DNA of 62,888 nt, counting the filler, from Circinaria calcarea (Eukaryota): the NCBI GenBank assembly GCA_051942165.1. It is 10 parts of 10 records of this genome, joined end to end, with 100 filler letters (N's around TTAATTAATTAA, not from the genome) between each part and the next. Parts side by side here need not be neighbours in the genome. Positions count along the whole stretch, not along the records: positions 31,553 to 37,749 come from JAVECS010001645.1; positions 37,850 to 44,038 come from JAVECS010001646.1; positions 44,139 to 50,325 come from JAVECS010001647.1; 7 more parts are not named here. One strand, given 5' to 3'. The notes under the pieces were generated by a model, which was not told where the DNA came from, did no database searches, and saw nothing but the letters and a program-made list of their open reading frames with translations. The translations under genes and the position numbers were made by a program. This document shows positions 36,767-49,745 of the stretch, piece by piece (position 1 is the stretch's first letter; each line of letters begins with the position of its first letter).

Positions 36767-37656
36767 CGATGGATCATACCATGGGTTGGGCTGAAGTTCT
36801 GAGCGGGAGAGATGGTTTGCTGGACGCAATATCAAAACCAGCAATGGAACATGAGAGTTAACTGTAATCGTTCATCATGAGGAGCGCAGGATGATTGCTA
36901 GTCTCAGTACTATATTCGAAACAGATGACTCTTGCTGGTGGAGACGCAGTCATTGATTTAGACTCTCTCTGCCTGCAATACTGGTTGGAAGACTCAAACA
37001 TGCTTGATCAATCTATTACCTTGATCATGGGAACCAACGGCATAGAACTGTAGGACTAAGGGACGTATTGCTGGCACGTACATTATCACATGGTTTGGAT
37101 GCTGTGTTCTACATATATCTAGAAGCCTCATCTCGCCTTTACTCGACGTTTCACCCGACGCTTCACACCGAGATGAGTACTTCCTACATGCTTCTGGAAA
37201 CTTAACATCATATGACAAGGCTGTGACTCTGTCAGTAAGGAAAGCTTCACCTGCACCTACTCACTGGCCCGTCACACCGCCCTTCCGCTGGGCTACTACT
37301 TCCACATTCGATACCCCGCAAGCAACGCGTATCGTTACACACACAAATGCTAAACCATAAATACCCCACCTCACTTCCCATTCCTTTCTTTCTTGACTCT
37401 ACTCCGAATTATGAAGATAGTTGCATGACATTATTCTGCTTAGAATAGTATTAAGCTTTGCATCCTTCATCCTGCATCGAGCTTGAAAGCATTTTTTCAT
37501 CCTCGCATCTACACAAACTTGTTGGAGTACCGCTCTTGCAAATCAGTCGTTCGCCTATCTCTGTCACCTCTCCCTCTTTGACTGCACTACTGCATTCAGG
37601 ATCTCCAGGGTCTCACTCAGCCGTTCAAATTGCAACATCTGGATATATAGTCCAAG

Positions 37657-37749
37657 ATGGATCGTGGAGGCGGCTATCGCGGCCGTGGCGGTGACCGTGG
37701 AAGAGGACAAGATGGTGGTGGCCGTGGCAGGGGCCGCGGTGGTGGACAA
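37657..37749 (+). CDS. N-terminus of an RGG-rich RNA-binding protein (3'-partial)
   Basis: MDRGGGYRGRGGDRGRGQDGGGRGRGRGGGQ running into the spacer. Confidence 0.65.
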
Positions 37750-40423
37750 NNNNNNNNNNNNNNNNNNNNNNNNNNNNNNNNNNNNNNNNNNNNTTAATTA
37801 ATTAANNNNNNNNNNNNNNNNNNNNNNNNNNNNNNNNNNNNNNNNNNNNGGGGAGGAAGAAGTGGGATTATGAGTAATATTGAGAGGATGGGGAGGGGAA
37901 GGGGTATGGAATGAAGAAGGTCCGAACAGGAGGGACGGGAATTGGGAGTGCGAGGACTCCTCCATGTGACTTGGAGGTTGGCTGTTTCCCAAGCATTGAG
38001 TCTGTTGTATTCTTTTTGCTCAGTTGAATACCATTCTGTTTGCCGGTCTCACGCATCTGTATTCCTAGGCAAAGCACCACGCCTCTAGGCACGGTGGTGT
38101 CTGCGGTGGTGCTTGGGTTAATGTCGAGATGATCATTTGATAGGACTGCTGATGTCCAACTTGATTCGTAAATCTAGCTTCCAGCCCGACTCGGCAAACG
38201 TGCAAGCCTTCTATTCATCATGTTGTGCAAACGAAGGGCGGAAACCCCTGGCGTAGAATATGTATACTTGTTATCTCATCTTGCTATGATCTGCAGCTCA
38301 AGGGACGACGAGACGCCATCAGTAAAGAAAGAGCAGGCGGTTCTTCGCTCTCTCCATTCTTACTACCTTATCCCGACTTTTTCGGCATGTGGATCCTCTC
38401 GCTCTGTAATGAGGATCGCTGTTCGGGTTTCCTTTCCTTTCGGCATTTTCTTGCATAGGGAGGGGCGTTGGTTGAAACGGGTTTCGTTGATCAATCCCTT
38501 TCGGTCTCCTCTTCCAGCACAGGAAAGGTTTGTTGATAGAATGTGCTTCCAATCTAGAGGCTATTCTGGTATGCGAGCAGACATTTGCGAATACAGCCGC
38601 TCCCTTTACCTGGGAGCAAGAAGCTTGGGGGCGTACGGAGGTCTGTGAATTGAGATTGATACTGTCACCCCTGGTTTCTTTTGATTCCGGAACAACCATC
38701 CTTTCGAGCGCTACGGAAGGGGGCGAAATGGGACTGTAGAAAAACTCCACCTGGTATGGAGGAAGCATTCCTCCGTATATTGAATGTCGATAAGGAGTGC
38801 AGACTCTGAGCTGATTTTATAAAGGGAGACTGTTAGTGCACCCAGAGATGCTATTTATATACGTGAATAGGAATGAGTCGGTGGTCTACTGCCGTCAAGG
38901 AAATGTAGAAAGATCAAGCTTAAACTAAAGTAATTAGAGAAGGGGGCGTGAGCCTCAGGGGAGGTGCCCTTGAGGGACCGGCATTAAGTGAAAGTGCACT
39001 GGGGGTTTTGAGATGCAATCAGTGGAAGCCTTGAGTCGGTCACAGTCGGTAGAACTTTAGGAAATTCCAGACCACCTGATAAAGGTGTGGTCCAAACATT
39101 CCAGGGCCATCTGACCTTGTTAATGATTGCTAGAGCTCCTAAAATGTACAATAGTCCTCTAGGCTCGACCAATGAAGTAACTTAGCTGATAGGATGGCAT
39201 AGTTATGTAATCCTCTGGTGGATCAGCGGCCTTCCTACTTTTAGCAATTCCAAACTGAGAGGTCGGCTGGCTTTAAATCCACAGACATCACGGCCAAGAT
39301 ATGTGATAGTGATCTCGGTTCCTCTATCAGGTATCGATGGCCGTTAAGGCAGCGAGGCGAGCTGATGTATTTGAACATGTGAGGGACGAGTTGTTAGAGT
39401 GTTCCGATAGGATGTTCGGAAGGCTTATGTCGTTCCATGCACGTGCTAGAAACGGCCGATCTCAAGTTGCATGATGCATTAAGGGACGGCTACGGGTGGG
39501 GGTTCAGTCGTTGTTTGAATGGGTGTATTGCCATTGGGGGAGACTGCTCTCAACATTGATTGAGCCAAGTGATGCCCAGGGGCGGAATCGGCCGATGACT
39601 TCTATATGGATGTCAATGCAATCGATCGACGTCAGCACAAACGGGCGGGTTAGATGCTCTCTCAATCTCCTCGGACAACGGGCAGCCATGATAGTAAGAC
39701 AGAAGGGAGCGGGAGGAGCTCAAGTGGCGCTCATGCGCAGTAGCTTCCCTGGAATCGACGTTCATGCTTTATCTGGCGTGACCAGTTGGGGGCGATGGGG
39801 GACCGTGCCAAACCTGAGCAAGTATTACAGGCATGCTGACGAATGGCATCCACACCAGACGACGCGCGGTGGCTCGAATGCAGGAGGACGGATTCCGGGG
39901 TATTGCAAAGGGAGGGGTGGATGGTTCAGCCTGCTGTCTTGGATGGATAAGGGATAGACGAGGACCATTGCCCGGACAATGGGATTCCGGCCAAAGAGCC
40001 ATCGAGGAGATCGCCTTCGAGACCAGAAAAGCTATCGGCCATCCGTCCCAACTCATCCCGTGCATCTACTGGGTACTTGGACTTCACTTCGTGAAAGATC
40101 GGGCGGTAGCGCATTTTGGGCCTGAAGCTGGTGGTGCCTGGCTGCCTGGCTGTGGGGATGGAAGGCCGACGATTACTGCTACTACTGCTTGGACTAAGCG
40201 CCCCCCTTCCCCGGTGATCGCCGTTCCCCCTCCGCCAAAGGACTTACCCTCGATCTGGCTTCCCTTAAAAGGGCTGGCTCATCTCCAATTCCCCCCTTCC
40301 ACTCCCATCTCTCTCAACCTCAATCCGCTATCCAAACCACAATTAACAACGTCCGACTTGGTATTCCCACACTCAATCTCTTGAACTTCCCCTTGACCTT
40401 TGCTTGATTTACCTTCATCCATA

Positions 40424-40602
40424 ATGGGTAAGGTCCTTCCCAGCTATTTGGAGTCGAACTGTGATTGACTCAAGGCCGCATTAGGTCCTGAATGTACTTG
40501 CAGCTGCGGCGCCAGCTGTGGATGCCCCAGCGGTCAATGCGCTTGCAAATGTAAGTTTCCGGACCTCCGCCCTCGAACCCACGAGTCTAACGTGAGCTAG
40601 AA
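40424..40602 (+). CDS. Metallothionein A, 23 aa (MGPECTCSCGASCGCPSGQCACK)
   Basis: Exons 40424-40427, 40485-40550, 40601-40602; introns GTAAGG...TAG and GTAAGT...CTAAC...TAG; 7 Cys, no aromatic residues. Confidence 0.85.
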
Positions 40603-41258
40603 AGGACTGTGTGGGACGTGAATTTCCCTGAGGCAGCAGAGGTGGCGGAATGGCTTGCATCGAGGAGAGTGGGGTTGGGGGAAGGGTGGGAATCGGGGAT
40701 TTATGGAAGGTGGATGCTTAAGCAGGCCGTGGGGTATTATGATGGAATAACGATGTGAGCAATACCGTAGCGTTTGCTTTAGCACTTCGTCTACACGAAC
40801 AAATATGGTAGCCCCTGACTCCACCTGCAAAGTGAATGATATGACCATTTTCCATTCACGCCTCCCATGTCCGCAAGGAGAGACAGAGATTTCCCTTGCA
40901 CAGTCCGTCTTTTTTCCATGCCGCTTTGTGCTTTTTCTCGCGGGGAACCATCGGATCATCCCTCAAGGCGGCAACGCATCCACCCATCTCTAGCTGGCAC
41001 AATCCTGGACCCCACCTGACCTACTCATTCGCCCACGGGGTTCAGCCTGACTAGGGCACCTGACACCATCATCATGTCCACCAGCTTCCGCAACCGGTAT
41101 GAGGATAATATATAAAAGGGCCACCGCACTCCCTTTCCTTACCTCTCCATACCAACGCTCGATCACTTTTGATTCATCCAACCACATCCGCCCCCGATCA
41201 ATTCTTGACCTCAAAGCCATCCCCGCAGCACCTCTTCATACAGTCATCCGCCATCAAG

Positions 41259-41390
41259 ATGGGTCCCTGCGCATGCACCTCCTGCTCCTGCAAAGGCGAA
41301 TGTTCCGGATGCTCATGCTCGGATTGCAGCGTGAGTGAACAGCCCTCGCGGTAATTCTATTCTGGCTAGTTGACATGCACCTAGCATTAA
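41259..41390 (+). CDS. Metallothionein B, 25 aa (MGPCACTSCSCKGECSGCSCSDCSH)
   Basis: Exon 41259-41330, intron GTGAGT...TAG 41331-41384, exon CAT TAA; 8 Cys; TATATAAAA about 150 nt upstream. Confidence 0.88.
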
Positions 41391-41856
41391 ATCGATCTTG
41401 CTCCCGAACCAACCGAGTGGGTTGGTGATATTGGCGGAGACGTGGTTAGCGATGGTCAACAAGCGGATATGAAGCACACGTTTTGCGGTGTCGTCGACTG
41501 AGGATGTATATGTGGATGGCAGTCAGATTGGCGTGGTAGCTTCCTTGCATTTCTCTCGACACCGCTGATATACGAGTTATTCGAATTGTTATCTCCGGGG
41601 TGATGGTACACGTGTGGCAATCGGTGTTCTTACAGCATCTTTTCAGCTCAAGTCTATCTCTAAGCAGTAAATTCGTATAGCCCAATTCATTCTCATATAC
41701 CCTATGTCATACTACAAGCCAAACCATTGGCAGATGCGGAGTGATCATGTTAATATGGGACAATGGTCGATGTTTGACTGCTCAACGGTGTCTAAGCGTA
41801 GCATATATCGTTAAGCTGAACTTGACAAGTATCAATGTAGATAGCAAGGCTGACCA

Positions 41857-43538
41857 TCATCCGAGCCCCATTTTCATGTCGTCGCCAATCCCCCAGTCCT
41901 CGTCACGTTCTGGACGTGGTTGTAATTTACGATAGTCAACTTCATCGTCACTTCCGGCAACGATTTTACTTGAGTAGTCACTACTCTTTGCACTCGTGGT
42001 ACTCCCTCTTCTGCGATGACCTCGACGTCTGGCTTGACTGCTGCTGCTACTGCCGGTGCTTGATTTGGGGCTCTGGAAAGTATTCGATGAAGCATCGATG
42101 GGGACTGCTTTCTTTTTGGTGGGAGGGTTCTGGGTGGTAGAATTGCTAGGAGGTGACTTTGTTGGAGTAATAGTCGTATTACGGGTGACCTCGACTAGCT
42201 CAGCGTCTCGATACCATTTACGCCTGCGGGTGTAACGACCCCAGCCATCTTGACGACGTCCGTCATTCCACTAAAATCGAGATTAACAGTGTGACTGCAG
42301 TCGGTATCGTTGCGTAATCGTACCTTGTTGTCATAGTAAATCCATCCTTCATTCACCGCTTTACCTGCTGGGCCACTTGCCGTCTTTCCAGCACTGTCAA
42401 TACGCCATTCGCTATTAGCGGCCCACTGCCAAGCTGCATCCTCGTTGTCAACAATGGGTAATTCAAAGTCATCCTTCGGTGGGGACGGATTCAAATGTTC
42501 GTCAGTCCACGCTGCACGCTCGTACGCGAACATCGAAGTGGTCCAACCGAGTCCAAGCCAACGTCGCTGGTTCTCGTAGATGACAAAGGTAAAACGCAAT
42601 CCCACCGAGGTTGTCTTCTCATCAGTAGCGAGTGAATTTGCAATATCGTTCTGACTCGTATGGCGTGGCGGTAGAGGCGGCGCCGCTTGTTTCCGAGGGG
42701 GTAAGGGTGGAACTTCCATGAAAGTAAGCCCCGTGGCGAATGAAAGAAGCTTCCGGACTGTAAGTGATCGCCATAGTATTGTTCGTGAAACTCGTGCGGG
42801 CCGAGAATGCCAACTTAACATGAATGTTCCGGATGTAAGGATTATACGCCGAGTCGTAATGACATGAAATGGAGGAAATTCAAGTATAGCCCACACCGGA
42901 GTAAGCAAAAGTATACGAAGAAACAAGGTTGTAAGAGCAGGCCGAGTCGTCGCTGAGGTTGCTGTCCTTTGAGTGGACAAAAAGTCCGTCAATTGAAGAA
43001 GAGGATCTAGTAATATATTGCAACGCGAGGTAAAGATATTCAGGGTCTCTACGATCTCATCCAGGCTTTTTGAATGCCTCATGCTTCCCTCTGAATCTTG
43101 TTTCTTATGCCCCTTTACCTTTTCTCCTGTCCAGCCAGTCGAGGACAGAGGAGAGTACCTCCGTGAGTACATTCCGAGTATGAGCACCATAACAACAACG
43201 GGTGGACCTGCCCATTTAATTATGACGTCGCCGTAAAGCACAACTGCCCAGAATCCAGCAACCAGAAGGAAGCTCTCCCATGGATCCCCACTCGACCACG
43301 ACACCAGCCCGGCAAGCTTGTTTAGTGGGAGTATAAAAGGATGAGAGAAAGCAAGGGCGCGAGTTATTTGAGGCGGAGTGGCAACGAGAAGGGGCGACTT
43401 CTGCTGCATCAGAATGGTAGATCGCTGTCGGTTTGCGAGCGAGGCCTTTGAAGGGGAGAATGACGCGGTGGTTGGAGGATTTGGGTCGTTGCTGCTCTTT
43501 TGCGAGCCAGTTTCGGGAGCTTTCCCTGGAGAGGACAT
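41857..43538 (-). CDS. Pex23/Pex30-family peroxin (Pex24p domain)
   Basis: FTFVIYENQRRWLGLGWT, GWIYYDNK / WNDGRRQDGWGRYTRRRKWYRDAELVE dysferlin motifs; one intron near 42270-42322; ends WGIGDDMKMGLG*. Confidence 0.92.
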
Positions 43539-45023
43539 TGCGCTGAGCCAGGGAGTTTCTGTTTCGTGTTAGCGATGTGACAGCACAGCAGAACATATAT
43601 ATGTGCTGGAGAGCGTCCAAATACCAAATGCGGCCATGTAATATCATGCAGTGTTCCTCTGGCCGTCATCCTGAACCGTCCACAAGCTTTGTAGAGGCCA
43701 GAATGGGCTCGAGGAGCAAGGACCGTGAGGAGGTGACTTTCAGTTTAATAGGACCGACTCATCCTAAGCAAGAACTATAACTACCTGCCATACCTGCCTT
43801 GCTTTATCATTCACGAACCAGTACCTACGTAGTAAACCCTGGCGGAGGCAGCATGACCATTAAAGTAGCCGCGGGATAACATGTGATCAACGATGGCAAA
43901 GCCGCTCGCCTAATCTGCCTTTTGCGGAAGATCCCTGGCTTTCATCATTCTGAAAATTAAACCAATATCATTCCTCTCCGCCCTACCGATTGAGGGAGTT
44001 GTAGACCTTGATATCCTTACATGGTAAGATGATTGTGANNNNNNNNNNNNNNNNNNNNNNNNNNNNNNNNNNNNNNNNNNNNTTAATTAATTAANNNNNN
44101 NNNNNNNNNNNNNNNNNNNNNNNNNNNNNNNNNNNNNNGACATATTGAAGACCTGCTGTGAGGGGTGGATGCAAAGTCCCAGATACCCGGGTTAAGGTAT
44201 ATCGACAAAAATCGGAAGGACAGTGAGGATCAAGGGGATGCTACATAGTATATCATCCTCGAGCCTTAAAATAGTACACGTTGGAACGTGCTGAGCTAGA
44301 TCAGAATCTGCAGGGGCAGGTAGGATGCAAAAGAAAAAGTCGGGGCGCCTGCAGCAGTACCATCCAGCCAATGCTTAGACGGAGACGCAGGTAGCCTATG
44401 CTTACGGTGCATCCCTTGCCCGGAGTATTAATTTTAAAAGATGGGGTAGGTAGGTAATTCCATTCATGGAGGATCTAATAATGCAAGGTGTACATTAATA
44501 TATATGCATCAAGGTGGCGTATGGGTGTGAAATGCTGGACCACGTGAGGTAGGCCGACGGCTACCACCCTACATTATGTGCCTCCTGGCCCGGACGCTAG
44601 CCGAAAGCTCGGTATTCCAAATTCGTCGAGTATCTGCGGACTGCCACCCTACCTTAAGGTAGTTGACCATCTGCAAAAAAAGTCCCCGATATGAAAAAAC
44701 GGGGGAGCCGAGCAGCGGTATCAGATGCAGCGGTGGACAATATTAATGTGAAGAAATAATACATTCGTCGCGTCGGTATGTAAGTATCTACATAGGAAGT
44801 TGATCTTGGGATGGCTGCTTACGGATGCGTACAGGGTCACCCTTTTCATGTATATAGCCGAGGCTGAGCCTTATCCTTCCGAAATCAATCGTCGTCCGTT
44901 CACAAAACCTGACAATCTCTGCCAACTCAACCACCTTCTTCATCCTCTCATATTTCCTACATCCCACCTTCTTTCAAGCCTGACGATCCACGAGCGGTCC
45001 AAGATTTTCTTCTTACCGCAACT

Positions 45024-46508
45024 ATGGAGACAATGATAGAGTATGTTACCTCGATGGCCAAGTCAGCAGATGAGGCCGGCCGAAAAACTATCATCGACAG
45101 TCTGCGTAATCTGGCCATTTCTCTCGAAACGCCATGGGACTCGATGCAGCGTATCATGTATCTAGTATGATCAGTCCCTTTGCTTGCCCTGAGCACCTGT
45201 TGTCTTGCCAGTGATACCATCAGCAATTTCAATTCCTTGTACCAATAGCCCTGCCCTATCTCACTCCGCAGTCAAGAAATCACCGTTGCCAAGTAATCTA
45301 ATGTTGATCTAGAATTTCCAAATGACTGGGGCTCGTCTTGCTATTGATCTAAAACTGTTTGACACCCTTCAAGCTAGCGAATCGCCCTTGACCACGGAGC
45401 AGCTCGCTGCTAAGACAAGCTCAGATCCGATTTTCTTAGGTTGGTAGTGCTTCCTGGGTCAGCCTTGGTCATATCTAACAATGCTATAGGCCGACTTCTC
45501 CGATATTTAGCATCGGTTAGAATGATCAAAGAGACGGGAAAGGACAAGTTTGAAGCAAACAAAGTGACCTCGGCTTTGGCAAATCCTGGTTTTCAAGGCG
45601 GTCTCTGCCATTAGTCGGTCCCACCCTCAACGCTACTGGAGCGGCTATCCCCGCGGCATTAGCATTTGTTCAGACGCCAATACTGACCTACTTGCTATTT
45701 AGCTTCGATCTTTTTGGGCCCATCCTACAGCAAACCCCTTCATTCTTTGCTGAGACCAAATATCGAAACCCGGACAATCCCACCCGCGCGCCCTTTCAGA
45801 AAGGATGGAATACAGAGCTCCCTGCCTTCCTGTGGTTCGGGGAGCATCCAGAGTTGGCCGGTTACTTCAACGCCTTCATGGTAGCTCAGCGCGGAGAAAT
45901 GCCTGGATGGCTGACGACGTACCCAATTCAAGAGGAAACTAAAGGCTGGAACCCGCAAGAGCCAGTGTTCGTGGACATTGGTGGTGGGATGGGCCATCAA
46001 TGTGTAGACTTGAAGTCAAAGTACCCCGACCTTCCTGGACGTGTCATCTTGCAGGACCTCCCTCACGCCATTGAGGCTGCCCCAGCTAGACCCGGCATAG
46101 AGACTCAGGCGCACGACTTCTTCGCTCCGCAACTTGTCAAAGGTATGTGACGGCGAGTTTGGGATGGAAGAGATACCGAACTGATACCTTCTAGGAGCAA
46201 AATATTACTACATGCGCAATATCCTCCACGACTGGCCCGATGCCAAATGCCGTGAAATCCTCCAGAATATCATGAGTGCAATGGGCCCGGACTCTGTTAT
46301 TTTGATCGATGATATGGTTCTTCCCACTACCAATATCAGCTGGCAAGCGACACAGATTGATTTTGCCATGATGACGGCGCTTGCATCAATGGAGCGAACG
46401 GAGGAGCAGTGGCATGCTCTTCTCGACTCGGTTGGGCTCAAGGCCAAGAAAATACACACCTACACAATGTCGCTCCGGGACAGCATCATTGTTGCCGTAC
46501 CCAAATAA
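45024..46508 (+). CDS. SAM-dependent O-methyltransferase (secondary-metabolism type)
   Basis: METMIEY...SLETPWDSMQRIMYL; VFVDIGGGMGH, ILQDLP, HDFFAPQ, YYMRNILHDWPD, MERTEEQW; multi-exon. Confidence 0.92.
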
Positions 46509-47949
46509 AGCCGTTTGACCGATCAGATAACGTCTCATCTTATACGAAACGGCCTGGGGTGTTAGCTACCTTAGCTCGAGCTACACTGTTTACAATACAG
46601 TCATCATACTGTACTGTGTGTTTTTCCTGTGAATCGTAAACCCGCGTTACGGCCATCTCCAGCACCCATGACACGTTCAAATCTCGCATTTTTCCCCCAG
46701 CGGGCAAATTCCTCAGAAATGAAGCCCTCGGCTGCTCTGTCCGACCATCTCCGCCTCTCACGTTCCCTCCCCCTTGCTCTCAGCCCCAACCCGCCGCTTA
46801 CGGTTATATTCCCGGGACCCCATTATGCAGACATTCTCATACAAAGTACAGACAAATCCGGCTAGAATCCATCACCAATAGAAGGCTTTCGCAACCTTAC
46901 AAATACTCATGTCCTAGATACATGTATACTACATTCGGTTAGTGCAGGATTTATGCTAGACCTGATCGAGTCCTGACCTTCCGAAGCTGCAACGTAAGCG
47001 CAGAAAATAAGGACTGCGAGCTATTGGCCTTACACATATATACTATATATATATTTAGATCTAAAGCTAGATACCCCTCCACCGCGGCCCTTATTTATCA
47101 CGGCCTCCGCAGTATCCATCACGACTTGCGTAGCGTTTAGGAACTTTCGATAAACCAAATCAAACATCGTACACATGTCATCAACTAGCTAATTATAGTG
47201 AAGCCCTCTTCTACAGGAATCCCCTATTCTCACGCGGAAGAAAACCGTATTCTGTATGAAGTATCATAATATTGGGCTATACGCATAGAATATTAAGAAT
47301 TTCAAGAATAATATAGCTTAATAAAGACTAGAACCACACTATTACTAAAGAGGTAGGTACGTGCATATAAGGTTCATGGGTACATGCAGGGCTGCGCAAA
47401 CTCTCCAATGCAGCGCTAGTCACGAGTGGTACCAGGCGGCCAAAGTATGTAGTTAGAATACCTACATGCCGCTATGAATTCCGAGACAGGCGCTAAGGCT
47501 ATCCAACTCGTCATACGGAGGTAATCACGTCATATCTAAGATGTTGGTGAAACGAGTGCACATCGGCCACCCCTGTCCATGTTCCTTCCACGATCCAGAA
47601 CTGCGAAATGAGAGGCTCATTCCCTAGTAGTTTATTCTCTAGTAGTTCGCTAAGGATTGCGCCAAGAATCTCTAGTCTAGCCCGAGTTGTCCGTCCTCTG
47701 TCCTCTGGTACATATTCTTCTTCTGGACTCTGTAGATTCTCCCGCTGCGGACCGTTCCATTTCCAACGACCAACGAACAACAAACGTCACTCGACGGCCG
47801 CAGTCGTGCACGTCATGCCGAGAGGGGCCTAGGTACCTGCTACGCGGTCCAACGTCACACGTGAGAGGCTGGTGGGGGCTGAGTTGTGAGTGAGTGTTGG
47901 AGTAAATAGGGGCTGTGGGAGAGGGAAAGTGTTACGATTGATCGCCATA

Positions 47950-48700
47950 CTCCGTAATCGTAGAAAGAGAGGTGGAAATACGGCCTGGATATAGTAGCAA
48001 GAGCCTACATACGTCCACCCCCCTTGTCCCTATACGTTACCTACATACTATCAGGCCATAGTGACACTTTCCAGCACTCCCCTGAGGGCTATGACCTGCG
48101 GTATATACTCTCGAACCCCCATAACCTCCTATACCCAAACCTCGACCATAGCTCAAGCACCGAAGGCATCGAAACCAAAACCAAAGGCATCGAAACCAGA
48201 ACCGAAACCATAACCTAAGCCCCAAGGCCTTTTATACCCTACACATAGCCCATGACCCGTGCAACGCGCTTCCAAATTCAGACGGACCTTCCCAACCACC
48301 ATATTCCCAGCTCTTCTTCGAAACTCTTCGAAGCAGCGAAAGGAAAAGACGACGAACAACGAAAGGATTACCCTAAAACAAAAAACTCCCACGTGACCCA
48401 GACGCGCTGGGATCAGCTTCAATGGGCCTACCGCGTAGGCTACCGCGTAGGAGCTTTCGTAGTTCCACAATGGGCTTATTGTAGTCACTGACGGAAGATA
48501 AAATATAACAGAAATGCGACGATGGAAATACTGCCGCGCTCATATTCCGGTATAATTGGATGAGTTGACTGCTTTGATCGTAGGAAGAGGAGAGAAGTGG
48601 AAGTGCGGCCGGGATATAGCAGGAATTGTCTGCATACGTTCACCCCCCTTATCCCTATACGTTACTTGCATACTAGAAGGGCATAGTCACACTTTCCAAC
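47950..48700 (+). repeat. Diverged ~130-nt direct repeat pair (about 47950-48077 and 48575-48700)
   Basis: GGATATAG..CATACGT(C/T)CACCCCCCTT(G/A)TCCCTATACGTTAC..CATACTA..CATAGT(G/C)ACACTTTCCA in both copies. Confidence 0.8.
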
Positions 48701-48915
48701 CGAAAGCGCGAAGCTCGTGGAGCGTGGTGCGAGCGTGCCAGCAAGGTACTCCGTATTATACGCCAAGTATTATGGCTCGAGACTCGAGCAGGGGCATCAT
48801 GGAAGACTAGGGATGGAATGCTTTATGCTTCAATTAGCTATTATGTTTGCTACGCCACCTCCATTTATACACGATCATGCCTCCCTAGTGCTGTATGCTG
48901 CAGTCCTAAATCGAT

Positions 48916-49745
48916 CTATTCGACAAAGTGGTGTCCTATATAGCCCCTCCAATCCCGGCATGTCTGGGCCATGATACCAGGTACATCTCGTTTGGCGATA
49001 ACGGCCGGGCTTTCCATGACATCCATAAACAAGCCCGTATTGTCCGTCTCAAATTCCATCACCAAGAAGCTCTGGTTGTCTGCCGTTCCAGTACGCAGCA
49101 TTTGCACGTCTCGCCGGACTGGATTGGGTGCGTTCACTATGTTTCCATCCCAAGTGCCATAACCCTCGGCGACGATCCCTAGAACATTCCCATATAGGTG
49201 CATCGGATGTACTGCAGGAGCATAATTGTTCAGAATGACTCGAATGAAAGAATTCGAGCCAAAGGTATAGATATTTCACTGCGGGTCTTGAGGACAAGAG
49301 GTGTCGCCAACATGCGAAAGGAGAAGCACGGGTTCGTTGTAGACGGCAAGAAAAGTCGAATTGTTCATAGTGAATTACACGTGACCAGTAGCGTTGGGGC
49401 GGAAATATATCTCAACTAAAAGTGTTGTGACTGGAGTTGGCGGAGGAACCAAAGGATATACCGGGACGCTGCTGGTTAACGGTTCCTGGGTATTATTAGG
49501 AAACTTCTCGGACAACCAGACGACAGTAAACCTTACACCAGTCTCCACGTAAGACCATGCGTTGGTAGTTGGCGTCGCATCGGGGTTTGCAGCTTCATAG
49601 TAGATGACCGCCTTAGCAAACGGCTGGGTTGGTAGAGAACAGCCGATCTGGCTGATGGTAGAGCGCATGTATATAATATCGGTAGGAGCTCCCATGGCAG
49701 TCACTACAACATCCATGCGCTGCCCGACACCCAGGCTCACAATAT
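48916..49745 (-). pseudogene. Laccase / multicopper oxidase fragment
   Basis: LGVGQRMDVVV, HPMHLYG (for HPMHLHG), GTWDG, NPVRRDVQM, ETDNTGLFMDVME with the HCHIxWH motif missing; no N-terminal domains found. Confidence 0.8.

Noticed and set aside
38319..38768. 149-aa minus-strand ORF with an upstream TATA-like site
   Set aside because: Could be a real orphan exon, but I found no motif or convincing splice continuation.
39496..40384. 153-aa and 183-aa ORFs upstream of MT-A
   Set aside because: Non-ATG or weak starts, no recognisable motif; more likely promoter DNA.
40988..40997. Ace1/Cup2-like copper-response site (CTCTAGCTGG) upstream of MT-B
   Set aside because: A single match to a short degenerate consensus is expected by chance.
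12633..49745. One large secondary-metabolite cluster (P450, ABC, AKR, OMT, laccase)
   Set aside because: These genes lie on different size-sorted contigs; no PKS, NRPS or terpene synthase is present.
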